Notes: generated by a model not told the origin, from the letters alone. Shown: positions 36,945-46,693, counted from the stretch's first letter. The stretch: 64,000 bases of DNA from Candidatus Uhrbacteria bacterium (GCA_016844925.1 JAERTI010000056.1:6978-70977), one strand, 5' to 3'. Translations and numbers: made by a program.

Positions 36945-37973
36945 ATGAAATTTTTTATTGGTCTTTTACTCATTCTTATCGCGTCACCGGCAGCGCTTTG
37001 GTTTTCTGAATCACAGCATCGAGTTAAGGACGTGTCTTCTGCCACTGAGGTGGACGCCTCAACTCAGGCGCAGGGATATGTCGTGTTTGAAGGCGAGCCG
37101 GTGCTCTCTGACGCTCCAATGTGTCCTGGACTTGATCAGTCCTGTCTAGCCGTCTCAACAATCGAGGAACAGTATGTGGCAGTGGAGCTTGTGGAGTGTG
37201 GGGTGCTTGATCTAGATGAAGGAGATGTTCTTCTTGAGCAAGTAGAAGATCGATGTGATGCTGACACAGGAAGTTGCGATCCTTGTTATCAAATAGAGAG
37301 AAGAGGCTGGGAAGAGGTTTCCGATACAACCTCCTATGCTGGTCTCCGCGTTGGTGCCTATGAGGTAGCCCTCTCGAATCAGGTTCAGTTTGTTGGAGAC
37401 TTAACGTCTTTTGCCTACGTCACCGCTGAGGGTGAACAGATGTCTGCCCAGCCTGAGGAGGTTCTGGTTGGTGATGTGCGTTTTTCCTATGACTTTTTCC
37501 CTTTGAGTGATTCGTTACTTGTTGTGGGAGAGGCTCAGGGGGGAGTGGTCACTGATGAGGGGGAAAAGACATTTGTTGTCTCATCATTAGGCTATGAGGC
37601 AACCGTGGCGGAATTGGATGCGCGAGATGAGGCGTCTAAGTGGGGGCTACGTGTTCTTTCACTGCTTGTCATGGTCCTAGGCTTCCTTCTGGTCGCATCA
37701 CAGTTCCTTGCACCGATCACAGATCTCGCAAAGATCGCACCGTTCCTAGGATCGCATATCAGCGCATGGATGAGAGGTGTTCTGTACTTGGTCGTGGCCA
37801 TTGCCGCGTCGATGGTCTGGTCGATTATGCTGGCCACCGTCGTGCTGTTAAAGACATTCTGGCCAGCACTTCTTGTGCTTGCTGTGCTGATCGTATTTTT
37901 TGGCAGGCTCGCACCAGAGTCATTTATAAAAGATCTTCGACAGAAGATGAGGGGGGCATCGGGTAACAATTAA
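36945..37973 (+). CDS. membrane protein with an acidic Cys-containing extracytoplasmic domain and three C-terminal TM helices, unknown function
   Basis: Signal/anchor sequence, then a D/E-rich domain with CPGLDQSC and CDADTGSCDPC, and TM helices after residue 225. Confidence 0.5.
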   Translation: MKFFIGLLLILIASPAALWFSESQHRVKDVSSATEVDASTQAQGYVVFEGEPVLSDAPMCPGLDQSCLAVSTIEEQYVAVELVECGVLDLDEGDVLLEQVEDRCDADTGSCDPCYQIERRGWEEVSDTTSYAGLRVGAYEVALSNQVQFVGDLTSFAYVTAEGEQMSAQPEEVLVGDVRFSYDFFPLSDSLLVVGEAQGGVVTDEGEKTFVVSSLGYEATVAELDARDEASKWGLRVLSLLVMVLGFLLVASQFLAPITDLAKIAPFLGSHISAWMRGVLYLVVAIAASMVWSIMLATVVLLKTFWPALLVLAVLIVFFGRLAPESFIKDLRQKMRGASGNN

Positions 37974-37985
37974 CGAAACTGACGT

Positions 37986-38216
37986 ATGAAAAAAGCAACA
38001 TGTAAAGATCTGCGAGGCGCCTGTGATGCAGAGATTCAAGGCGAGACTCCTGAGCAGATGGGGGAAAACTGTAAACAGCACGTGATGGAGATGGTGGGTG
38101 CAGGAGATGTTGATCACCTGACAGCCATTGAAAGCATGAAGCAACTCAGTCCAGAAGAGCAGCAGGCCTGGTATGAAGCGTTCAAGAATGGATTCGAGGC
38201 GCTTGAGAATGTCTAA
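37986..38216 (+). CDS. DUF1059-family small protein
   Basis: 76 aa with the typical DUF1059 signature MKKATCKDLRGACDAEIQGETPEQMGENCKQHVMEMVG. Confidence 0.55.
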   Translation: MKKATCKDLRGACDAEIQGETPEQMGENCKQHVMEMVGAGDVDHLTAIESMKQLSPEEQQAWYEAFKNGFEALENV

Positions 38217-38229
38217 GATGTATACAGTA

Positions 38230-38258
38230 AACACTCTCTACATGGAGAGTGTTTTTTG
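38230..38258 (+). terminator. intrinsic terminator
   Basis: AACACTCTC-tacatg-GAGAGTGTT followed by TTTTT. Confidence 0.75.
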
Positions 38259-38316
38259 TTGAAAAAAGAAAACCTGATTCCCGGTCTGGGATCAGGTGAG
38301 GGGTGTCGTTCAGCTG

Positions 38317-38712
38317 CTAGCCAAACGTGAGCTCGAGCAGGGCGTTTGCGTTGATCTGCTCTTCAAGCTGCCTCCGTGCGCGTCGCAGGGTCGGGAGGAC
38401 ACGTTCGAGATCTCCTCTTGCCAAGGGAACGAGCAGCTCGATCGCTTCCTCCTTCATCTCCGCAAAGCGCTTGTCGCTGACGTCTTGGGAACCCTGCCTT
38501 TCGCAGGCCTCATCGTAGAGATTCGCGAGAACAAGGCTCTCCAGACGCGCCGCGCGGGAGATGAAGACGTCGAGCAGGTGAGTCCTACACATGCCGCCAT
38601 CGATACCCTTGAGCGCCAAGAGTAGGTTCATGTCGTTGTCCCCATCCTGGACAGTCGTTGATCCAGAAGGAGTTCGGTCTTTGTCGGCCATCCTGGCCTC
38701 CGTGCGTACCAT
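38317..38712 (-). CDS. hypothetical protein (helical, acidic), on a small higher-GC segment
   Basis: 131-aa ORF with a GC-rich codon third position and no motif recognised. The real start may be at the internal MADKDR. Confidence 0.4.
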   Translation of the reverse strand: MVRTEARMADKDRTPSGSTTVQDGDNDMNLLLALKGIDGGMCRTHLLDVFISRAARLESLVLANLYDEACERQGSQDVSDKRFAEMKEEAIELLVPLARGDLERVLPTLRRARRQLEEQINANALLELTFG

Positions 38713-38788
38713 GTTGTGTCGTGCGCTTGGGGATTAAAGGTACGTGCGTCACGACGTGCCAATCTAACCAAAAGGCGTAGGGACGTCA

Positions 38789-40696
38789 GTGATTAGGGCT
38801 TTTACTTGCAGCTTTGGCGGATACAAGATTACTATGGGCAAAACAACACCTATGCATTACGGAGAACCCCTCACGAGTAAAACACTCCAGAAACGGTATC
38901 CAAACGTTTACAAAAGTTTTTTTGCCCAAAATGAAGTGGTGGTATCTAGTCAGCAGATGTTATCGCTTATGGCGGGAATGGCTTGGAGAGTTGGGGGTCC
39001 CATCATCACGCAGAAAATCAATCAACGCTGTTACGTTGGTATTTCATCGAAAGGGAAGTCAAAGCAGCTGACGGTAAATAAGAACCTTGCTTATTTTTCA
39101 GACCGAGAGGCATTTGAGGTACCGAAGTACACCACATTGCCCTGGGACAAGGCCTTAGAGACACTCAAAGAGATACTCGAGAAACGATTGGGGCACCCCG
39201 TAGAAGGATTGTCGTTTTCAATCCTTCATGAGATTCCGGAGTCACGGTCATTAGATTCAGGCGTGCCAGTTCTGTTTGTTGTGGCGAGTTTTTTGCATTA
39301 TGGCATTTTGACCGAAGAAGATTTAGCGGAGATCTCAACGCTTCCAAGTGAAGTGATTCAGGCAAAGGCGTGTCGTCTGTCTAAGCTTGTGTTTGAAATC
39401 CATAAGTACGCCTCAAAGCTTAGGCTTCTGTATCAGGCTGGTTCTACATCCGGATACATTGATTATGGATCCTTGATCGCTACAAGTTTTCCGATGCTGT
39501 ATTTTGCTGAGGAGCGAGCTGGGACCGTAGAGAAACCCGTCTTAGACCTCCCGCCCTTAAATGGTTCTGAAAGTTTAGAGAGCCCTCACTTTCACGCATG
39601 GGGATTTCGATTGGATGAGTTGGGAAACATTCATGGAAATTTTCCACTTGATGTCGTTTGGATTTATCCAGGGAGTTACAGAGAGTCAGGAGCGGCAACG
39701 AGGTATACCACAACGGTTGTTGTTCCAAGCTTTGATGACCTACGAGATTATGCGAAGAAACTTTTTTCTCGTATTGAAACGACAGAGGAACACGCGCCTG
39801 CATTCTTGAAAGACATGGATCGCGATGGGGTGTATTGGCAGTATGCTGGGAGGGGGCAGATGGTCTCCAGGCTTCACTTGGTCCGGGATCTGATGCACAT
39901 GTATGAAGATCAATATAGTTCTAGTAAAGCTGCACGTTTTCTTGATTCGCTCAACTCACTCTTTTATGTGAATGGTCCGTTTGAGGAATCACCATCAAAG
40001 AAACTTGAGGCCATGATTGGGATGTTGCGTGAGAAAGCACGCGCTGTAGGAGTGCCTATTGGCATCCGGGCCTACCGCTACGGAAAGATGGATGGAAATA
40101 TCTTGGTCTATTCACCTGCACAGAAGTTTCGTAAAGAGCTCTTTGAGATCATTGAGAACTTGAAGGAACAGTTTGGGAAAGATATTCATGCCGATTTTGT
40201 TTCGTGGCGTGATGGCTGGGGATCTGAAGGAGTCATAACGGAGCAGCTTCTTATGAGGGACATACGTTCTGCGCTCTATCCAAATGGCGCGAAGCAATAC
40301 CTTGTTTGGGATGCCAAAGATGGACTGCAGGAACTTGATGAGTCGAGTATGGAGCAACACAAGCCTGATCTTCTTCTCGATACAATCAAAGGAAAGATCT
40401 ATGTGGGAGGTAAGCCTGTTACGTCAAAAGACATTCCAAGTCAAAAAGGCTCAATAAAAATTCTGACCCATCTTATAGAACATTTAGGGAAGCCTGTGTC
40501 GAATAAAGAACTTCCCGCAAAAACGTATACGTCTTATCGAAATGATCTTCAGGGCAAAATTGTCGGTCCATTGGAGAAATTGATTGAGAAGCGAACAAAA
40601 GGAACGATTGGGTTCACGTTACAGGGGCAGCTCACGGACTTCACTGTCGCGCTCACGCCAAAGCGATTAACCATAGGAATCAAGAAAGAACGGTAA
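38789..40696 (+). CDS. large hypothetical protein with a C-terminal OmpR/PhoB-type winged-helix DNA-binding domain and no receiver domain
   Basis: The C-terminal 100 aa (KIYVGGKPVTSKDIPSQKGSIKILTHLIEHLGKPVSNKELPAKTYTSYRNDLQGKIVGPLEKLI) look like trans_reg_C. The N-terminal 530 aa are unclassified. An alternative start at MGKTTPMHYGEP is possible. Confidence 0.5.
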   Translation: MIRAFTCSFGGYKITMGKTTPMHYGEPLTSKTLQKRYPNVYKSFFAQNEVVVSSQQMLSLMAGMAWRVGGPIITQKINQRCYVGISSKGKSKQLTVNKNLAYFSDREAFEVPKYTTLPWDKALETLKEILEKRLGHPVEGLSFSILHEIPESRSLDSGVPVLFVVASFLHYGILTEEDLAEISTLPSEVIQAKACRLSKLVFEIHKYASKLRLLYQAGSTSGYIDYGSLIATSFPMLYFAEERAGTVEKPVLDLPPLNGSESLESPHFHAWGFRLDELGNIHGNFPLDVVWIYPGSYRESGAATRYTTTVVVPSFDDLRDYAKKLFSRIETTEEHAPAFLKDMDRDGVYWQYAGRGQMVSRLHLVRDLMHMYEDQYSSSKAARFLDSLNSLFYVNGPFEESPSKKLEAMIGMLREKARAVGVPIGIRAYRYGKMDGNILVYSPAQKFRKELFEIIENLKEQFGKDIHADFVSWRDGWGSEGVITEQLLMRDIRSALYPNGAKQYLVWDAKDGLQELDESSMEQHKPDLLLDTIKGKIYVGGKPVTSKDIPSQKGSIKILTHLIEHLGKPVSNKELPAKTYTSYRNDLQGKIVGPLEKLIEKRTKGTIGFTLQGQLTDFTVALTPKRLTIGIKKER

Positions 40697-40781
40697 TCTA
40701 CCGTTCTTTTCATGTTGTTTCAGTAGTTTTCAGAGAAGGGGAATGGCACAGTAGGATTGGCAAAAGCCAAAGGAGAGAGTC

Positions 40782-40970
40782 ATGGCAAAAAAGAAGTGTA
40801 CCGGCTGTGGAACCAGCATCTGGTTTGGTTCCAAGTGCAGCAGCTGCAAGCGACCGAACACGAGCTATTGCTCGGACCACGGTCACTACCTGAACTTCAT
40901 TCGCGGGCGGCAGCGAGGTTGCCCGGAGTGCAGGCAGATGAACGAAGACATCAAGCATGAGTGGGGCTAG
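40782..40970 (+). CDS. small zinc-ribbon protein (four Cys pairs); high GC
   Basis: CTGCGT...CSSCK...CSDHGH...CPEC; 62 aa. A competing 67-aa frame at 40757..40960 has no motif. Confidence 0.45.
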   Translation: MAKKKCTGCGTSIWFGSKCSSCKRPNTSYCSDHGHYLNFIRGRQRGCPECRQMNEDIKHEWG

Positions 40971-40992
40971 GATCCGCTCTGCGCGTCACCTG

Positions 40993-41016
40993 AGCGAGGT
41001 TGCCTCGCTCTTTTTC
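40993..41016 (+). terminator. intrinsic terminator
   Basis: GAGCGAGG-ttgc-CCTCGCTC followed by TTTTT. Confidence 0.7.
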
Positions 41017-41149
41017 TCTGTCTCTTTTATCCTCTTCAGATTTTTTCATAGATCTTCAGTATTTTTCATGGTAGCGGTTTTGTAGTCTACAAGTGTCGAT
41101 AGTGTGAGTGGAATGGTTCTGCTCGCCGTCACGACAACAGGAGTGCGAC

Positions 41150-41554
41150 ATGTTTCCCATCGATCCGTTCGGTCCGCCGCCGATGACGCCCTTGTTCCGC
41201 AGTGAGTGCGGCATGGGAGGGAGTGGAGGCCCCATCAACCCGAACCTCGGTCCCAGCGGCTGGGGCAATGGTGGTGTGGGGCTGCAGCCCGGTTACGACA
41301 TCGGACGACCGCTGAACCTCTACCAGGAGGCCCTGCGCTTCTCTCCGCCGCCGGTCGCGCCGCCGCCGATGGAGCCGATCGTGTTCCAGCGGTACGAGCC
41401 CGAGCCCTACGTGGATCTGTACTGGCGCACCGACCTGGTGCCTGACTGCGGAGATGACCTGTGTCACCTCAGCGACGTGCCCTGCTTCATCGAGACTCCG
41501 AAGATCGAGGTCGCGACCATCGTCGAGCCCTTCGTCTTCAGGGACCTGTTCTAG
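41150..41554 (+). CDS. Pro/Gly-rich hypothetical protein; high GC
   Basis: AGGAGT RBS 5 nt before the ATG (MFPIDPFGPPP). Pro/Gly-rich, with DCGDDLCH near the C-terminus. The antisense ORF is a shadow. Confidence 0.45.
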   Translation: MFPIDPFGPPPMTPLFRSECGMGGSGGPINPNLGPSGWGNGGVGLQPGYDIGRPLNLYQEALRFSPPPVAPPPMEPIVFQRYEPEPYVDLYWRTDLVPDCGDDLCHLSDVPCFIETPKIEVATIVEPFVFRDLF

Positions 41555-41569
41555 AACAGGAGCGCTACT

Positions 41570-41593
41570 GACCTGCCCGCGGCAGGTCTTTTT
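41570..41593 (+). terminator. intrinsic terminator
   Basis: GACCTGCC-cgc-GGCAGGTC followed by TTTTT. Confidence 0.8.
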
Positions 41594-41693
41594 ATGAATC
41601 ATGTTCATAATCATCGAATCGGATTCATCCTAAATCAGTAGCTCAACACATTCATGACTCTGATTTTTTCCGTGCCTGTGTTAGTATCTGGCC

Positions 41694-42875
41694 ATGAAAA
41701 AGATTCTACTTGTATTCCTCTTTGTGGTATTTGCTACGGGAGGGTTTTTGTTCACGTCACGTGACTCACAGGCTGATGAGCCGGTTGTTGAGGAGGTTGT
41801 AGAGGTTGAGCCTGAGGTTCAGGTGGTCGTTGAAGAGTACGTCGTTACGGAAGATGATACATTCACATCCGTGACAGATCATTTCGGCATTCCGTATGCA
41901 GACGCGTTAGCGATTGTAGATACGGCTGAAGACGTTTTTGATTTTACCTCTATCAAGGTTGGCAAGCCGTTCCGACTCGTGTCGGAAGACGGTGTCATGA
42001 GTCGTCTTGAGTATGAGCCGGGAACAGAATATTTTGTTTCCGTGGATTTGTTGTCTGGATTCGTGACGACAAAAGAGGCGATTGCCTATGATATTTCCAT
42101 TGAGCGCGCGGAGGTGACGATTCGTGAGTCTTTGTTTGTCTCAGGGCTCAATGCGGGTCTCTCTGAGGTACTGCTTCTAGACTTTGTTGAGATCTTTGCC
42201 TGGGATGTGGACTTTGCCACGCAGGTTCAAGTCGGAGACACCTACACGATTCTCTATGAGAAGCGTTCTCGAGATGGGGAAGAGGCTGGTGTGGGAGATG
42301 TCCTCTTTGGGAGTTTCACAAATGTGGGAGAGACGTCTGAAGCGTTTAGGTTTGTTGATCCAGAAGGGGAGACAAGCTACTACGATCCAGAAGGTCGTTC
42401 CCTGGCTCGTGAGTTCCTCCGTGCTCCTCTAAGCTATTCACGCATTAGTTCTGGCTACACCAATGCACGTTTTCATCCGGTCGTGAAGAGAAATATGCCT
42501 CATCTGGCCATTGATTACGCGGCACCCTACGGGACCCCCATTGTGGCGGTGGCAGACGGGATGGTCACCTATGCTGGTTGGAATGGGGGATATGGGAATT
42601 ACATCGATATTCGTCACAACAGCGTGTACGAAACGCAGTACGCCCACCTCAGCTCAATGGCTGTTGGTTACGGAGAACGGGTCAAGCAGGGTGAAGTTAT
42701 CGGCTATGTGGGCTCAACAGGTTGGTCAACAGGACCACACCTTCATTACCAAGTAAAAGTGAACGGATCCCTCATGAATCCTCTGGAGGTTGAATTTCCA
42801 AAGGGTGATCCACTGAGCGATGAATTGCTACCGATGTTTGAAGAACAGAAGAAAGAGATTCAGGCGCAGATGTAG
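41694..42875 (+). CDS. M23-family metallopeptidase (LytM/lysostaphin-like) with an N-terminal anchor and acidic linker
   Basis: HLAIDYAAPYGTPIVAVADG (HxxxD) and GSTGWSTGPHLHYQV (HxH); signal/TM sequence at the N-terminus. Confidence 0.85.
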   Translation: MKKILLVFLFVVFATGGFLFTSRDSQADEPVVEEVVEVEPEVQVVVEEYVVTEDDTFTSVTDHFGIPYADALAIVDTAEDVFDFTSIKVGKPFRLVSEDGVMSRLEYEPGTEYFVSVDLLSGFVTTKEAIAYDISIERAEVTIRESLFVSGLNAGLSEVLLLDFVEIFAWDVDFATQVQVGDTYTILYEKRSRDGEEAGVGDVLFGSFTNVGETSEAFRFVDPEGETSYYDPEGRSLAREFLRAPLSYSRISSGYTNARFHPVVKRNMPHLAIDYAAPYGTPIVAVADGMVTYAGWNGGYGNYIDIRHNSVYETQYAHLSSMAVGYGERVKQGEVIGYVGSTGWSTGPHLHYQVKVNGSLMNPLEVEFPKGDPLSDELLPMFEEQKKEIQAQM

Positions 42876-42894
42876 TTAATACACGGATCAGAAT

Positions 42895-42927
42895 AAAAAA
42901 CGACTAGTTTGATACTAGTCGTTTTTG
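42895..42927. terminator. bidirectional intrinsic terminator
   Basis: AAAAACGACTAGT-ttgat-ACTAGTCGTTTTTG. Confidence 0.75.
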
Positions 42928-42972
42928 TTGGGAGAATACTTAAATAGGTCCTTATTTTATGTCGTGAAAAAA

Positions 42973-43614
42973 TTATTGGTTATCGTTGAAATACATGGCG
43001 TCATTCGTCTCTTTCCAGACGGGGAACTTTTCCATGATGCGCGTGAATAGGGGACTCGCTATGTTCGTGTTGAGCCATGTGCGTAGATGGGTATATTCGG
43101 ATTGGTTAAACCAATCCTTGTTCACATGCGCAAATTGCCTGATGAATGGGAAGATCGCTGCGTCTGTGAATGAGAATGCCTGGCCTGAGAGATGGGCTTG
43201 CTGAGAAAGTTGTTCCTCTAATTTTTGCAAAAACACCTCCCCGCGAGCTCTGTAGACTTCCTCTGGTTCAGGGTGTCTTTGTGCGTACTTATAACAATCA
43301 AGATTCTTCTTGAAATCCCCATCATTTTCTGTGATCAATTCCTCATCTTTTGTTGCAAGCCATGACTCCGGGTCACTCTTAGATAAGGCCCAATCCATGA
43401 TGTCCAAACTTTCATCAATCACCTTGCCGTCAGGTAGTATCAAGACCGGCACAGTCCCTTTTGGGCTTGCTTCAAGCATCGATGCCGGTTTATCTCTCAA
43501 TAGAATCTCACGCAGTTCCACTCGCATGCCACTTGCCGCAATGGCGAGTCGTGCCCGCATCGCATATGGACACCGACGAAATGAATAGAGGATTGGGTGC
43601 GTAGTCGTATTCAT
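42973..43614 (-). CDS. glutathione S-transferase family protein
   Basis: Thioredoxin-like N-terminal domain with SFRRCPYAMRARLA and TVPVL, and a helical C-terminal domain. Start taken at the ATG (MNTTTHP); the ORF-track start is TTG. Confidence 0.65.
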   Translation of the reverse strand: MNTTTHPILYSFRRCPYAMRARLAIAASGMRVELREILLRDKPASMLEASPKGTVPVLILPDGKVIDESLDIMDWALSKSDPESWLATKDEELITENDGDFKKNLDCYKYAQRHPEPEEVYRARGEVFLQKLEEQLSQQAHLSGQAFSFTDAAIFPFIRQFAHVNKDWFNQSEYTHLRTWLNTNIASPLFTRIMEKFPVWKETNDAMYFNDNQ

Positions 43615-43651
43615 AATGTAGACGCGTTTCAAAATTGCAAAGATGGTCGAG

Positions 43652-43673
43652 TTGAAGCTGATGATGATTCAGT
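43652..43673 (+). repeat. direct-repeat copy A (TTGAAGCTGATGATGATTCAGT), 3' of the MutS-HNH gene
   Basis: Matches 46769-46791 at 20 of 22 positions. Confidence 0.6.
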
Positions 43674-43685
43674 ATCAGCATTGAA

Positions 43686-46649
43686 TCAGTTATCAACGTC
43701 GAGCTCTAGTCCGGTACTCGTCATTTTGAACCCTTTAATCTCAATCTCTCCCGCGTGTACTTTTTTGTGGCAAGCGTTGCACAATGGCACAAGGTTGTAT
43801 TTGTGATCCTTGTGAAAGTGTTTAATGTAGCCATGCTCATTAGCGTTTTTTTGAGGAGCGATATGATGAATCTCCGAGACGGTATCACGACAGAGGCCAC
43901 AGCTCGTAGCGTAGAGATCCTTATTGTAGTTATTGCTTTGTTTTTTGGTGAGCAATGTTAAATCGTCTTCCTCTTGCGCGATTTGCTGACGAATCTTCGC
44001 TGCTAAGGCGAGGAATTTTTTGTCCATGTGTAACGATTCGGCAAACTCTAAACCATACACACTGCTCCCACTGCCTGTTTGCAATGTTCGGTCAAAAATC
44101 AATTTATCTGCTTTCTCATCATAATGAACATGTAAATGAACACTTACTACTTGCGGCAGTGCCTGTAACAAATCAATTCTTTGCAGTTGGTGTAAGTGGG
44201 TGGTGAACATGAATAACGCACCGATTTCTGAAAGACGTTGAATCGTTGCACTGACGATCGCAAGGGCAGAGAGCGTTTCTGTCCCACGACTTATTTCATC
44301 GCCGAGAATGAGACTTCGTGCCGTAGAGCGATTGAAAATGTTTTTCATTTCCATCATTTCCACCGCAAAAGAAGAAAGCCCCTTTTCAAAATTGTCTCTT
44401 GCAATAATGCGAGTAAACAGCTCTTGGAACAGCGTAAATCTCATTTGCTTGGCCGGAACAAAGAAACCACTTTGAGCCAAAATGATACACACACCCAAAC
44501 TTTTCATGAGCGAAGATTTTCCGCTCGAGTTTATTCCGTACAATAGAACGCCACGCGTGTCTTCGTCGGTCATCTTGGCCATGGTGGATGAAGATGTTGA
44601 CGCATCTTGCAACGACTTATCACCCATCACGACGTCGTTGGGAACATAAATCCCGTTTTCTTCGCGGGCTTCTACGAGAGGATGTCGGACATCCAATAAT
44701 TCCAAATAGGACGTTTCTTCAGGGCTGGTAAGAATTTGCGGGCGAACGAGATTATGAATCAAAGAAGCTTTGATATTAGAAAGTGCCACATCAATTTTTC
44801 CAATCGTTGTGATGAGAGTATTCATCAGATCACAATAGTTTGCATCAAGCTGCTCTAATTCACTGCGGAAGAGATTACGAACTAACGCGGAGATTTGTTT
44901 GTTCAAGAGCGAAATTTTCTCAGAAATTTCTCTGATGATTTCCGCCGTGATTTTTACATTGCCGGTTTGAATCTTTACGGTGAAATCACTCAGTGCATAC
45001 ACGGTGCCGTCAATTGATACATAGCTATCAGACAACGCCTGCTCAATTAAAAAGTACCTACTTTTTGTGATCGAAATATGATGTCCATCTTTCTCGAGAT
45101 GTTTAATCACAACATAATCACGTTCTGGCTTACCCGTTTGTTGTTCAATCAAATGAACAAATGCCGTCCGAATGGTTTCTAATTTTTCCTGAAGTTCATT
45201 TTTTTGTTTGATTAAACGATCGATCTCGTCGTTAAATCCGGCTTGAAAGAAACTTTGACTGATTTCACCTTGTGCGTACTTGCTCGTTTCATCCAAATTG
45301 AAAATGGTTTCTAAATGGAGAACAGCTTTTTCTAGGAGAGGTTGTTGCTCAACGAGTTCTGGGACAACGGATGAGCTTTCAATGCTGCTCAGGTGCTTTA
45401 AGATGCTCTGACTCGCAACCAAGGAATCATAAAGAAAATTGATTTCAAATGGATGCAGACGCGTAAGCTGAATGCGGCGTTTTAGGCGGTCAATATCATA
45501 GATATGCTTTAACTCCTCATCAATGTCCGCATAGATATAAATGAGCGCATCAGAGAGATCATAACGAGCCTCCAGTTCCGTTTGGTCAATGATTGGATTC
45601 GTGATTCGTTCCTTGAACAGGCGACGACCAAAACTGGTACGCGTGTTGTCAAGAAAACTGAGCACCGTCTGCTCGTTTGGATTAGGGGAAATGATGTTGA
45701 GTTGTTCGAGTGGATTGTTTCCTAGATACAGGAAGTTTTTGTCATTGATTTGTTGTGGTGCGGTAATGTTTTTCACCACCTCACGGTCATGCTCAATAAT
45801 AAACTCAAGCAAGATGGCCAACGCCTCAGATGCTAAGGGCTTTTTCTCTAAGTTTAAAAATTCAATCGATGATAAAAACGACTTTATGTCATAGCATTGT
45901 TTAAACAATTCGTTTTGATAGCCAATGGGCAAACGCTTGTTGTCCGTATGAACATTCAACTGTTCTGATAACTCTAAATACTGTCGAACGGTTTCTGGAA
46001 CGACATCTTGGCCTCCACACGTGAGCAGGACTTCATTCGGGTCATGCGATTTAAGCAGCGAAAAAAGCTGGTCTAACGCATACGTAGGGTCTTCCTGGGT
46101 ACTGTGAATTTCAAAAACGGACGTTCTCCCAGTGGTCACATCAATGGATGCGTAACCGACCGAGTAATTGTCTTTATGTTTCTCTACGATTAAAGACGTG
46201 GTGAAATTGTCATCGTTGTTGAGACTGTATTCAAAGTTGACTCCAGGAGACAAAATGTTGTCCAGATAACGCGTGACGTTTGGTGGTACACCCTGCTGTT
46301 TGATAATGACAATGGTGTACTTGTTCTCACGGATAAGTTTTTGCACATAGCGATCAAACGTCGCCGTAGGAAAACCAGCCATGAGTGGGTTCTTAACATT
46401 GTTTTCCAGAATGTTTTTGTTTTTTCGCGTCAACTGAATGTTTAAAATTTCAGCAATCTCTTTTGTTTTACCAATCTGCTTCGTTGCATTATCAACCCCG
46501 TAGATTTCAAAAAAAGATCCGACTTCCATCAGTACGACTGTGTCAGTTCCATACTTTTCTTCGAACAGCTCTTGTAGCTGTAAATAGATGGCGATCAATG
46601 ACTGATTTGTATCGTCAAGTAGCTCTTGAACACGTGCATGTATACCCAT
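43686..46649 (-). CDS. MutS-family protein fused to a C-terminal HNH endonuclease (MutS7-like architecture)
   Basis: N-terminal mismatch-binding domain (LMEVGSFFEIYGVDA), a domain V ABC ATPase (Walker A GINSSGKSS, signature SSFAVEM, Walker B LILGDEISRGT, then TTHLH), and a C-terminal HNH (CGLCRD...HHIAPQ...N...CNACHKKVH). Low GC relative to flanking host genes. Confidence 0.85.
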   Translation of the reverse strand: MGIHARVQELLDDTNQSLIAIYLQLQELFEEKYGTDTVVLMEVGSFFEIYGVDNATKQIGKTKEIAEILNIQLTRKNKNILENNVKNPLMAGFPTATFDRYVQKLIRENKYTIVIIKQQGVPPNVTRYLDNILSPGVNFEYSLNNDDNFTTSLIVEKHKDNYSVGYASIDVTTGRTSVFEIHSTQEDPTYALDQLFSLLKSHDPNEVLLTCGGQDVVPETVRQYLELSEQLNVHTDNKRLPIGYQNELFKQCYDIKSFLSSIEFLNLEKKPLASEALAILLEFIIEHDREVVKNITAPQQINDKNFLYLGNNPLEQLNIISPNPNEQTVLSFLDNTRTSFGRRLFKERITNPIIDQTELEARYDLSDALIYIYADIDEELKHIYDIDRLKRRIQLTRLHPFEINFLYDSLVASQSILKHLSSIESSSVVPELVEQQPLLEKAVLHLETIFNLDETSKYAQGEISQSFFQAGFNDEIDRLIKQKNELQEKLETIRTAFVHLIEQQTGKPERDYVVIKHLEKDGHHISITKSRYFLIEQALSDSYVSIDGTVYALSDFTVKIQTGNVKITAEIIREISEKISLLNKQISALVRNLFRSELEQLDANYCDLMNTLITTIGKIDVALSNIKASLIHNLVRPQILTSPEETSYLELLDVRHPLVEAREENGIYVPNDVVMGDKSLQDASTSSSTMAKMTDEDTRGVLLYGINSSGKSSLMKSLGVCIILAQSGFFVPAKQMRFTLFQELFTRIIARDNFEKGLSSFAVEMMEMKNIFNRSTARSLILGDEISRGTETLSALAIVSATIQRLSEIGALFMFTTHLHQLQRIDLLQALPQVVSVHLHVHYDEKADKLIFDRTLQTGSGSSVYGLEFAESLHMDKKFLALAAKIRQQIAQEEDDLTLLTKKQSNNYNKDLYATSCGLCRDTVSEIHHIAPQKNANEHGYIKHFHKDHKYNLVPLCNACHKKVHAGEIEIKGFKMTSTGLELDVDN

Positions 46650-46693
46650 AACGCCCTACATTTTAGCAACTCTCGCAATAAAATCTAGTAAGA

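Noticed and set aside
41129-41614. 161-aa minus-strand ORF opposite the Pro/Gly-rich gene
   Set aside because: No RBS or motif. The plus-strand ORF has a strong AGGAGT RBS and a terminator.
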